DNA of 64,000 bases from an uncultured Candidatus Saccharibacteria bacterium (GTDB lineage Bacteria > Patescibacteriota > Minisyncoccia > Minisyncoccales > Staskawiczbacteraceae): positions 2,329-66,328 of the forward strand of contig CAYZNK010000003.1 of assembly GCA_964479955.1 (NCBI GenBank), in the 5' to 3' direction. Below the pieces are notes generated by a model. The model ran no database searches. It worked only from the letters and a program-made list of their open reading frames with translations, and had not been told where the DNA came from. Positions within the stretch are counted from its first letter, which is position 1, and each line of letters opens with the position of its first letter. The position numbers and the translations under genes are program-made. Positions 56,054 through 64,000 of this stretch are shown in pieces.

Positions 56054-58288
56054 TTATTCAAAGTGAATGCGCTTTTCAAAATTTTTAAGCCTTTCCTGCA
56101 AATTTGGATAATTTTTCAACTCAGGGTCTTTTTCCAAGATTTCTTTTGCAGAGGCCCTTGTTTTTTCAACCAAAAAAATATTTGAAAGCCCCTCCATTGC
56201 AATATCGGGTACTCCCCACTGTTGGGTTCCATAAAGAGAGCCAGGCCCGCGTATTTCCAGGTCTTTTTGGGCCAGTTCAAATCCGTTATTTGACTCAACC
56301 AGGGCTTTTAATCTTTTTCTGTTAAGTTGGCTTGGGTCTGTTGTAAAAAGAAAGCAATATGACTGCATATCGCTTCTTCCCACCCTGCCCCTGAATTGGT
56401 GCAACTGAGAAAGACCAAAGCGTTCTGCTCCCTCAATCATCATAATTGTGGCCCTTGGAACATCAACGCCAACTTCAACAACTGAAGTTGACAGCAAAAT
56501 ATCAATTTCTCCTTTTTTAAAATCAAGCATTATCCTTTCTTTTTCAGGGGCTTTCATTTTTCCGTGAAGCATTGTAATCCTTAAATCAGGAAAGACGTCT
56601 CTTGAAAGCCTTTCATATTCTTCTTTTAATGCCTTTGTTTCATTGATTGCCAGCTGGCTTAAGCTTTTGACGCTATAATTTTGCGGGACAAAATTGGCGG
56701 ATTGCATAACAGATCCGTTTTTACTTATAGATTCTTTTAGTTTGCTTGCAGAAGATTCAATTTTGGGGAAAATAACAAAAACTCCCTTGCCCTCTGCAAC
56801 CTCTTTTTTTATAAATTCATAGGCATCCCTTCTCTGACTTGGCTCTACAATAATTGTTTTTACTTTTTTTCTGTTTTTTGGCATTTCGTCAATTAGGCAT
56901 AAATCCAAGTCTCCATAAACAGTCAAGGCCAAAGTTCTTGGAATTGGAGTGGCTGTCATAGAAAGCAAATGAGGAACTAATTTTTTTTTGCCTGCTGGAC
57001 TTTTTAAAAGATAGTCTCTCTGCTCCACTCCAAACCGGTGCTGTTCATCTAAAACCACCAATGCTAAATCTTTAAATTTTATTCCTTTTTGTATTAAAGA
57101 ATGAGTTCCTACGGCAATGTCAATCAGCCCGTTTTCCAGGTCGCCCAAAAAGCTTTTTTTTGAAATTTCAAAAGTTTCTTTGTCTTTGCAGATTCTTGCG
57201 TCTTTTCCGGTAAGCAATCCAACCCTAACATCAAATGGCAGAAGCAAATCAGAGATTGTTTTAAAATGCTGTTTTGCCAGAATCTCTGTTGGCGCCATAA
57301 AAGCAACCTGCCTGGCGGTTATTTTTTTAGAAGAATCGGCAGGCGACCCTTTTATAGCATTAAGAGCCGCCATTGCGGCCACAACTGTTTTCCCGGACCC
57401 AACATCTCCCTCAAGCAGTCTTGACATTGGAGTTGTTTTTTCCAAATCCTTTAGAATCGCATAAGCGCATTTTTTTTGGGAATCAGTCAACTTAAAGGGC
57501 AGGGAATCTGTGAATTTTTTCATTAAATCTGCGTCCATGGGAAAATTGTGGGCAGATTTTTTCATAAGTTTTATTTTTTGTTTTAGAACATTCAGTTGTA
57601 TTAAAAAAAGTTCTTCAAATGAAAACCTGGATTTGGCGGCGTCAGCAGCCTCAAAGGAATCGGGAAAATGAAGTTGCCAAATTGCCTCTGTTATTGGCAA
57701 AAATTTGTGTTTTCTGATAATTTCATTTGGCAATGACTCTGGAATTTGTTCTGAAAATCTGCAAAGCAAAGACCTTATGACATATCTTAGCCATCTTGAA
57801 GTGATTCCTTTTGTTTCAGGATATATTGGCACAATTCTACCTGTGTGGGTTAAATATTCGTTTTCTCCGATGTTGTTTATTCTTTCATAACTTGGATTAT
57901 TCAAATAAACACCTTCTTTAAAAAGGCTGATTTTTCCTGCCAGGCACATAAAATCATCTTCCTTAAAACTTTTTGCTATATATGGCTGGTTAAACCATAT
58001 TGCCTTGACCTGGCCTGTTGCGTCTTCAATTATAGCCTCTGTGATAGAGAGCCATTTTTTAAAACTGCGCTTATTTTCAATTTCCAGAATTTTTCCTTGT
58101 ACACAAACAATCTCGCCCAAATTTTGCCGGGCTTCTTTTATCGTGATTATGTTTGAGAAGTCATCATATCTTGAAGGAAAATGAAAAAGCAGGTCCTGCA
58201 CTGTTCTAATGCCAAACTTTTTTAGTCTTTTCTGATAAGTCTCTCCTACTTTTGGAAGCTCTACTATTGGAGTTGATAACGTTGTCAT
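56054..58288 (-). CDS. recG: ATP-dependent DNA helicase RecG
   Basis: Wedge/OB N-terminus, GDVGSGKT, DEQHRFGV, QLHQFRGRVGR. Confidence 0.9.
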   Translation of the reverse strand: MTTLSTPIVELPKVGETYQKRLKKFGIRTVQDLLFHFPSRYDDFSNIITIKEARQNLGEIVCVQGKILEIENKRSFKKWLSITEAIIEDATGQVKAIWFNQPYIAKSFKEDDFMCLAGKISLFKEGVYLNNPSYERINNIGENEYLTHTGRIVPIYPETKGITSRWLRYVIRSLLCRFSEQIPESLPNEIIRKHKFLPITEAIWQLHFPDSFEAADAAKSRFSFEELFLIQLNVLKQKIKLMKKSAHNFPMDADLMKKFTDSLPFKLTDSQKKCAYAILKDLEKTTPMSRLLEGDVGSGKTVVAAMAALNAIKGSPADSSKKITARQVAFMAPTEILAKQHFKTISDLLLPFDVRVGLLTGKDARICKDKETFEISKKSFLGDLENGLIDIAVGTHSLIQKGIKFKDLALVVLDEQHRFGVEQRDYLLKSPAGKKKLVPHLLSMTATPIPRTLALTVYGDLDLCLIDEMPKNRKKVKTIIVEPSQRRDAYEFIKKEVAEGKGVFVIFPKIESSASKLKESISKNGSVMQSANFVPQNYSVKSLSQLAINETKALKEEYERLSRDVFPDLRITMLHGKMKAPEKERIMLDFKKGEIDILLSTSVVEVGVDVPRATIMMIEGAERFGLSQLHQFRGRVGRSDMQSYCFLFTTDPSQLNRKRLKALVESNNGFELAQKDLEIRGPGSLYGTQQWGVPDIAMEGLSNIFLVEKTRASAKEILEKDPELKNYPNLQERLKNFEKRIHFE

Positions 58289-58291
58289 GAT

Positions 58292-58777
58292 TTAAATAAG
58301 AATTTCTATTATTGCAATCAGTGCTACCCAAAAAATTGCCATTAAATAAAATGGCCAAGCCCACGCGTCGGAAAACCCATTGATTTTAAGCTTGAACGGA
58401 TAAAATACTTTTATTGCCCATTCGCCCTTGTGGCTGAAAATATCCATTGCTATATGTGCCAAATATGCGATAAAAACAAGATTGGGCAAGTTTAAGATTT
58501 TTGTTGCAGGATAAATTATTATAACCAAAAAAAACAAGCTGTGAGTTATATTGTATAATGCAGCCAGAAATGGATATTTTGATGTTTCTCCTGGCCAGTC
58601 TTTATTTTTTGCTATCCATAAAAATCTCTTATTTTCTCTACCCAGTTTTATATAAGCAGGGATTAAGACAATGTCAGGAATTATTGAAAACAAAATAATC
58701 CATAATTTTTCTTGTCCAGACACGCCTGCTATCAAACATATTATCCAGCCGATTAATGCGTGGCTTATTATATCCAT
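58292..58777 (-). CDS. Membrane-bound metal-dependent hydrolase (YdjM/DUF457-like)
   Basis: MDIISHALIGW start; polytopic; His-rich motifs (ITHS, HIAMDIFSH). Confidence 0.6.
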   Translation of the reverse strand: MDIISHALIGWIICLIAGVSGQEKLWIILFSIIPDIVLIPAYIKLGRENKRFLWIAKNKDWPGETSKYPFLAALYNITHSLFFLVIIIYPATKILNLPNLVFIAYLAHIAMDIFSHKGEWAIKVFYPFKLKINGFSDAWAWPFYLMAIFWVALIAIIEILI

Positions 58778-58930
58778 AGATTTATATTATCAACGCCACA
58801 AGGTAAAATCAAATACAAAAGGTATATCTGTCTGTCTTTAATAAAAAAACAGATATTGACTTTTACCGATGATTTTTAGTATTCTTGTTATAAGAATTTT
58901 ACTATTGTTCTTTAACAGGAGGGTCTCCAA

Positions 58931-59326
58931 ATGGCCACTAAAAGAAGACTTGCAAAAACAGAACGTATTATTGCTAAATCCAGGGACGCAACCGCATTTT
59001 CCAAAAAATGCATTATTTGGCTTTTGCGCCAAAGCAACAATGGAGAGAAAAATGTTTGTTTGAGTCTTGAGGGGGAAATGGGCAGAGATTTGGCTCATGC
59101 TTCCCATGACATGCAAAGTAGTTGCTCTAAAACACGTTTGGATTTTAGAGCAACAGGATTGGCTAAGCACTTATCTCATCATTCTGGCATATATATAGAC
59201 GGAGAATTTGTCGGAGATGCTGACGGAGGAACCGTCTGGTTTTCAGATAAACTTTATGATAGCAGTGCGGAAAAGCTTTCCCCTGATATGGCTGCCATAA
59301 AAGCCATAAAGTTAAGAAAGCTCTAA
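58931..59326 (+). CDS. Hypothetical protein (G+C-richer islet)
   Basis: 131-aa ORF with the canonical SD aggagg 8 nt upstream and its own terminator. No family recognised. Confidence 0.5.
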   Translation: MATKRRLAKTERIIAKSRDATAFSKKCIIWLLRQSNNGEKNVCLSLEGEMGRDLAHASHDMQSSCSKTRLDFRATGLAKHLSHHSGIYIDGEFVGDADGGTVWFSDKLYDSSAEKLSPDMAAIKAIKLRKL

Positions 59327-59351
59327 TATAGCTCCAAGATATAAGTGAGCA

Positions 59352-59384
59352 AAACCCGCGGCACAAAACAAGCTGCGGTTTTTT
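59352..59384 (+). terminator. Rho-independent terminator
   Basis: aacccgcggc/gctgcggttt stem (8/10 pairs) followed by TTTTTT. Confidence 0.6.
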
Positions 59385-59390
59385 ATTTTG

Positions 59391-59462
59391 TGCCCCCAGC
59401 TGGATTTGAACCAGCATTTGAAGATCCGCAATCTTCTGTCCTATCCATTGAACGATGGGGAC
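59391..59462 (-). tRNA. tRNA-Arg(GCG)
   Basis: Acceptor gtcccca/tgggggc (one U-G), anticodon stem gaaga/tcttc, loop ttGCGga, T-arm gctgg-ttcaaat-ccagc. Confidence 0.75.
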
Positions 59463-59483
59463 TTCTGTCGTGTCTGTTTTGTC

Positions 59484-60230
59484 CTAACGGGGCATTTCAA
59501 CTTTAAAGTCGCCAATTGCGTAAGCGGCCACCTGATACTGGGCAAAATAAAACACAATACTGTTTTCTTTTATCATAAATATAGAAAAATTTTCTTCTTT
59601 TGGACCCGCTCCCTCTTGGACCCATCCAGAATACTGTCCTTCTGTCCTTTCTGAAATTTGTTGTTTTAAGTCAGGAATACAGTGGTCTGAAATTTTTTTT
59701 ACATAATCTGTTTGCCCCGCAAAAACATCCGCTAGTTTTATTTCCTTTTTATTTTCAATATTGTAGTTTAATGTCGCATAATAGCTCGCCCCGTGCGCTC
59801 CACCGGTAAATGAATAAATACTAAAAACAATGCTTATTATTTTGCTGTCAACCAGCCCAGTTTCATAACCTATTGCCAGAGAATATTCTCTTGGGTATGC
59901 AGCATAGCTTTCAGGGTCAACTGCTTTTACTGCCTGGTCGTTTTCTAAAGATATTTTTTTAAATTCTTCCAGTTCATTTTTTATCAGGCTTTCCGCCCTT
60001 TGGTTAAAGTCATCAAGGCCTGAAACAAACGGATAATTTATTTCTATTTTAAGCGGGCTTGTTGAATCCTCTATTTTTTTATTTTCAATAACGGGAAGCT
60101 GCAATGCCTGATTTTTTTCCGGTATATATTTTAAAAATATATTTTCTTTTTGCCAGAAAATAAAATAGCAAATCACAAATAAGAAAATTATAAAAATCGC
60201 GTATATGATTATTTTTGTTTTACTTTCCAT
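59484..60230 (-). CDS. DUF4163/DUF3298 (RsiV/PdaC N-terminal-like) lipoprotein-type protein
   Basis: N-terminal TM segment and the ..YSFTGGAHGASYYATLNYN.. signature. Confidence 0.7.
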   Translation of the reverse strand: MESKTKIIIYAIFIIFLFVICYFIFWQKENIFLKYIPEKNQALQLPVIENKKIEDSTSPLKIEINYPFVSGLDDFNQRAESLIKNELEEFKKISLENDQAVKAVDPESYAAYPREYSLAIGYETGLVDSKIISIVFSIYSFTGGAHGASYYATLNYNIENKKEIKLADVFAGQTDYVKKISDHCIPDLKQQISERTEGQYSGWVQEGAGPKEENFSIFMIKENSIVFYFAQYQVAAYAIGDFKVEMPR

Positions 60231-60262
60231 GATTTTTACTTAGAGGTTTGCATATAAAGTAG

Positions 60263-60348
60263 CGGAGGAGGTGGGACTCGAACCCACAAGACCCATAACA
60301 GGTCAGAGTTTAGCAAACTCTCGCATTAACCATTGATGCTACTCCTCC
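60263..60348 (-). tRNA. tRNA-Ser(GCT), type II
   Basis: Acceptor ggaggag/ctcctcc, anticodon stem agagt/actct, loop ttGCTaa, long variable arm, T-arm tggg-ttcgagt-ccca. Confidence 0.85.
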
Positions 60349-60367
60349 TTTTTGATTTAATAATGCC

Positions 60368-61354
60368 TTATTTTAGATACCTTTTCAAGTGTTTGGGGTT
60401 ATGAGAACCTATTATTTTAAAATATAATTTCATATCTTTTTGACTATCAATTCTTATATCTCGATAGTTAAAAAGTCGTGACCTTATTCCTAATGAATTT
60501 AGAATGTTATATACTGATTTGCGCATCGGATACGAATAGCACGCAAAACATAGTTTTTTATAAGTATAAAATTTATTATTGATCTGATATCGATGATCAA
60601 AAATACACCCATCTGTATCGATTAATCCGCGCACACATGAAATTGAGTAGGACGTATTATTTTTTATCCAACTAGGGATATCAACCTGCAATTTAATTTT
60701 GTTTCCCTTCTTTAAGCCTAATTTGACTAAATAATCAACCAAATTGACACTTGAAATAGATATCCTTGAAGCATTAACCCCTTTTATGTTCAATATACTT
60801 GGCCTTTTATCAAAAAGTTTATGAATTAAATTATATACGAATTTTATATATTCTTTGTCATCTATATTATTCAAGGTTATCTGAATTTGTCTATTTTTTG
60901 AAGTAAATCCTCCGTCTCCAAGCATTATTCCGATGAATTCCGCTAATTTTTTGCTTTTTTTCGCTTTTTTTATTGGTTTTCTTTTAAATAAAGGGTTGTC
61001 CAAAAATTTACCCGTTTTATTCCACCATTTGTTCCATGCCATTTTTCTATTTTGTCCGCCAACACAGCCATATTTTTTGATGCAAGCAGCCGACCCCATG
61101 ATTCCTCCAAGTTTTGCGCCCTTAATAGTATACCAATAATTATTTTTTTCTATAAAATTTTTAGGGACTGATACGTTAGTTTTTTCGCATAATTTTAACA
61201 TTGCATCTTTGTTTATCAAAAATTTTTCTCGTCTCCAGTCTCTTATGGTTCTTTCGGAAAGACCACAAATATTTGCCGCTTTTGCAACGGTAACTTTGGT
61301 GAGGATTTTCTCTATAAATTTTTGTTGGCCGCCCTTTTTAAATAGAATTCTCAT
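60368..61354 (-). CDS. LAGLIDADG homing endonuclease with N-terminal HTH domain
   Basis: FIGIMLGDGG and VRGLIDTDGC motifs. N-terminal HTH AANICGLSERTIRDWRREK. The longer track ORF (to 61453) runs into tRNA-Ser and is rejected. Confidence 0.8.
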   Translation of the reverse strand: MRILFKKGGQQKFIEKILTKVTVAKAANICGLSERTIRDWRREKFLINKDAMLKLCEKTNVSVPKNFIEKNNYWYTIKGAKLGGIMGSAACIKKYGCVGGQNRKMAWNKWWNKTGKFLDNPLFKRKPIKKAKKSKKLAEFIGIMLGDGGFTSKNRQIQITLNNIDDKEYIKFVYNLIHKLFDKRPSILNIKGVNASRISISSVNLVDYLVKLGLKKGNKIKLQVDIPSWIKNNTSYSISCVRGLIDTDGCIFDHRYQINNKFYTYKKLCFACYSYPMRKSVYNILNSLGIRSRLFNYRDIRIDSQKDMKLYFKIIGSHNPKHLKRYLK

Positions 61355-61440
61355 AACGATTAACCCATACCTCCATAATATCATATTTAAAATTAAATAA
61401 AAAGTTGATTTATAAAAAAAATATGATAAAATAAACAACT

Positions 61441-61528
61441 GGAGGAGTCGCATAGCGGCAATTGCAATAGTTTTGAAAACTATGACCCCTTACGGGGTTC
61501 GTGGGTTCGAGTCCCACCTCCTCCGCCA
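61441..61528 (+). tRNA. tRNA-Ser(TGA), type II, CCA encoded
   Basis: Acceptor ggaggag/ctcctcc, anticodon stem atagt/actat, loop ttTGAaa, variable-arm hairpin, and a genomic CCA at 61526-61528. Confidence 0.85.
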
Positions 61529-61628
61529 TCCTTCGCCAAGGCTTCAGAATGGCATGGCAATTTAAATATAAGTAACGCGATAAGTTACGTAATTAGTTAC
61601 GTAACTTGTTAAGTAACTAGTAAAAAAA

Positions 61629-62021
61629 ATGACAGCAGAAAATAAATTTGCGTGCGCAATAAATTGTATGGACGGCAGAGTCCAGGATGTAGTTAAGGGT
61701 TATATAAAAGAAAACTATGGGGTTGACTGGGTTGATATGATAACAGAACCAGGCCCCAATAAAATTTTGTGCGAATGCAGGGATTGCGACAAAGCAATTA
61801 TTGAAGACATTAAAAAAAGGGTTGATATTTCAGTAAGTCACCACGGTTCAAATGTAATAGCAATTGTGGGTCACGCTGGATGCGCGGGAAACCCTGCAGG
61901 AAAAGATGAGCAGATAGAACAGCTCAAAAAATGCAAGAAGCTGGTTGAATCTTTTGGCTTTTCTGCAGAAATTATTCTTTTGTGGGTTGAAGACGACTGG
62001 AAAACAGTAAAGAGAATATAA
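61629..62021 (+). CDS. Small protein with beta-carbonic-anhydrase-like CxDxR/HxxC motifs
   Basis: CMDGR at the N-terminus and GHAGCAGNP centrally; 130 aa. The assignment is tentative. Confidence 0.4.
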   Translation: MTAENKFACAINCMDGRVQDVVKGYIKENYGVDWVDMITEPGPNKILCECRDCDKAIIEDIKKRVDISVSHHGSNVIAIVGHAGCAGNPAGKDEQIEQLKKCKKLVESFGFSAEIILLWVEDDWKTVKRI

Positions 62022-62023
62022 TT

Positions 62024-62782
62024 TTATTCTTCGCGGGATAGTGAAATCCCCCAGACTTGTTTTGCGCCTGCTTCTTTTAAGATTTTTGCGCATTCTTCCA
62101 TTGTTGACCCTGTTGTATAAACATCATCAACAAGAAAAACTTTTTTATTATGTAGTTGGGCAACGTCCGACGTTGCCCGATTATTGATTGAAAAAGCGCC
62201 TATTAGATTATTTTCTCTTTCTTGTTTTGACAGTTCCATTTGAGGCGCTGTTTTTTTGATTTTGATTAAAATATCGGAAACAACGGGAACTTTTAATGTT
62301 TTTGAAAGTTCTTCTGCTAATTCTTCCGATTGGTTGTACCCTCTGATTTTTAATTTTTTACTGTCTATCGGGGCTGGAATCAAAATTGAGTTTTCCCAGA
62401 TTTCATCTGTGTTTTTTTTGGTTTTGACAAAATGTTCAATTAAAATTCCGGCCAATGTTGATTTTAAATCTTTTAAATAAGGTTCGTATTTAAACTGGCG
62501 TATAATCCTTTTTGCCAGAATATTTTTGTAAGAAAGAGCAAAATAAAGCCCGGATAATTTTTTTGCCTGGCAGGCTTGGCACTTTCCATTTTTTTGGCCG
62601 GGTAAAATTCTTAGAGGCTTATTGCAGAGGCAATAATCAAATTCGCCTATTTCCAAAAGCTCTCTGCAGTCATTGCATAAAAAAGTTCCTTCTTTTTGGC
62701 ATCCAAGGCAGAACTTTGGAAAAAACAGGTCTGTTAAAAATTCACTATAATTCTTACCTTTTATTTTAAATTCAAAATTCAT
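62024..62782 (-). CDS. comFC: ComF-family phosphoribosyltransferase-fold protein (ComFC)
   Basis: N-terminal zinc finger CLGCQ..CNDC and PRT motif VFLVDDVYTTGSTM. Confidence 0.8.
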   Translation of the reverse strand: MNFEFKIKGKNYSEFLTDLFFPKFCLGCQKEGTFLCNDCRELLEIGEFDYCLCNKPLRILPGQKNGKCQACQAKKLSGLYFALSYKNILAKRIIRQFKYEPYLKDLKSTLAGILIEHFVKTKKNTDEIWENSILIPAPIDSKKLKIRGYNQSEELAEELSKTLKVPVVSDILIKIKKTAPQMELSKQERENNLIGAFSINNRATSDVAQLHNKKVFLVDDVYTTGSTMEECAKILKEAGAKQVWGISLSREE

Positions 62783-62884
62783 TTTTATTTATCCACAGTG
62801 TTGTTGCGCTGGTTTTAGTATATAATAAAGAAAGGATTTTTGCCTAATCATTCTAAATTGTCTGCACGGCAAAAACCTTTTGAT

Positions 62885-64000
62885 ATGAATCCAAATCTTC
62901 TGGCAAATTTTAATATAGAAAAACTGAAAAAATTGAATATTTTTTCAAGTCCAGCAAAAATGTTTTTCCCTAAAAAAATGGTTGGGATTGACATAGGCAC
63001 AGCTTCAATAAAAATTGTTGAATTGTCGCGTTGGGGACAGGGGAAAACCCTTGAAAATTATGGAGAAATAAAGTCGTCTTCTCTTTATAAAGAGCCCTTC
63101 AGGTCTGTTGAAAAAGGAAGTTATCTGCTTTCCAATTATTTTGTTTCCAGGGCAATAAGGGCTGTTTTGGAGGAGGCTAAAATAAGGACAAAGTCAGTCA
63201 TATTTTCAATTCCCGATTTTTCAACATTCTGCGTTTCCTTTGAGCTGCCGCCAATGACAAAAAAAGAAGTCCCCGAGGCGGTTTACTATAATGCCCCTCA
63301 ATTTATACCCTTACCGATTACGGAAACTACGCTGGATTGGAAAATAATAGGAGGTGTTCCTGACGGCAAGTCTTCGATTCAAATATTTTTGATTGCAATT
63401 CCCAATCAAACAATACAAGATTATCAAAAAGTTGCCCAGCTCGCCGGCCTTGAGCTCTACGCTGTGGAGCCAGAAGTTTTTGGGATAGCAAGGGCTTTAT
63501 CTTTGGGCCAGAAGAACTGCGTATGTATGATAGATATAGGAGTCCAAAGCACAACAATAAACATAGTTGACAAAGGGATTATTAAAAAGAGCTATAGCTT
63601 TGAGTTTGCCGGGAGCCAGTTGACTTATGCGATTTCAGCTGCAATGGGTTTAGAGAATATGGAAGCAGAAGAAATAAAAAAGAAACAAGGTCTTATTAAT
63701 TCTCAGGAAAACATTGCTAAAACTTTGTATTTGCTTATTGACCCACTCTTGCTTGAAGTAAAAAAGATTTTATCAAATTTTTATATTGAATCAAACAAAG
63801 ATATAGATGCAATATATCTTACTGGGGGCACATCCAATCTGCCTGGATTAAAAGAATATTTTTCACAGGTTTTAAACAAGAAGACAGAAATTCCAAACTG
63901 TTTTTCAGATATTTTATACCCGCCGATTTTAGGCCAAACTATTGAAAAAATGGCTCCAAGTTTTTCTGTGGCAACCGGAGTTGCGCTGGGAGGGCTGGAA
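62885..64000 (+). CDS. pilM: Type IV pilus assembly ATPase-fold protein PilM (3' end beyond the window)
   Basis: Frame is open from the ATG at 62885 to the window end. MVGIDIGTASIKIVELS actin-like phosphate-1 motif and ..LTGGTSNLPGL... Confidence 0.8.
   Translation, partial: MNPNLLANFNIEKLKKLNIFSSPAKMFFPKKMVGIDIGTASIKIVELSRWGQGKTLENYGEIKSSSLYKEPFRSVEKGSYLLSNYFVSRAIRAVLEEAKIRTKSVIFSIPDFSTFCVSFELPPMTKKEVPEAVYYNAPQFIPLPITETTLDWKIIGGVPDGKSSIQIFLIAIPNQTIQDYQKVAQLAGLELYAVEPEVFGIARALSLGQKNCVCMIDIGVQSTTINIVDKGIIKKSYSFEFAGSQLTYAISAAMGLENMEAEEIKKKQGLINSQENIAKTLYLLIDPLLLEVKKILSNFYIESNKDIDAIYLTGGTSNLPGLKEYFSQVLNKKTEIPNCFSDILYPPILGQTIEKMAPSFSVATGVALGGLE

Noticed and set aside
60368-61453. Full-length 361-aa version of the LAGLIDADG ORF, and other long N-terminal extensions (617-1960, 25232-27109, 43224-44336, 48006-48410, 49773-50237, 3785, 32567)
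   Set aside because: The track starts are TTG/GTG or run into neighbouring tRNAs or genes. Downstream ATGs give proteins that begin at the conserved N-termini and remove the overlaps.

Overview
AT-rich bacterial window with compact, mostly Shine-Dalgarno-less genes. Short IF-2, short ATP synthase delta and epsilon subunits, TrbC/VirB2-like pilin paralogues, freestanding homing endonucleases and ComFC/PilM suggest a CPR/Patescibacteria-type genome (inference only). Standard code 11 fits; TGA acts as a stop in ATGA overlaps. No rRNA or CRISPR array was seen. Positions ~159-18810 look like an accessory island. It holds a PD-(D/E)xK protein, a large serine recombinase and a six-gene, translationally coupled type I R-M operon (hsdM with fused HTH, hsdS, orf278, hsdR, DUF45 peptidase, orf816 with zinc ribbon and nuclease-like motif). 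These are followed by a candidate structured RNA, an orphan phage block (terL, terS-like, ParB-methylase) and an HTH/HEPN-like/zinc-ribbon operon. Positions 19065-64000 are core genome: infB, rbfA, rplS, rluA-family, ftsH, trmH-family, tgt, a complete atpBEFHAGDC operon interrupted by one antisense ORF, rpsA, gyrA, valS, tsaD, recG, comFC and partial pilM. This part also carries 14 tRNA genes, three homing endonuclease genes placed directly upstream of tRNAs, a 59-bp perfect direct repeat containing a tRNA-Val 3' end, four tandem pilin-like genes and small G+C-richer islets with strong SD sites. The expanded R-M operon with orf816 is the best candidate for an undescribed system. All function calls rest on motifs read by eye; no searches were run.
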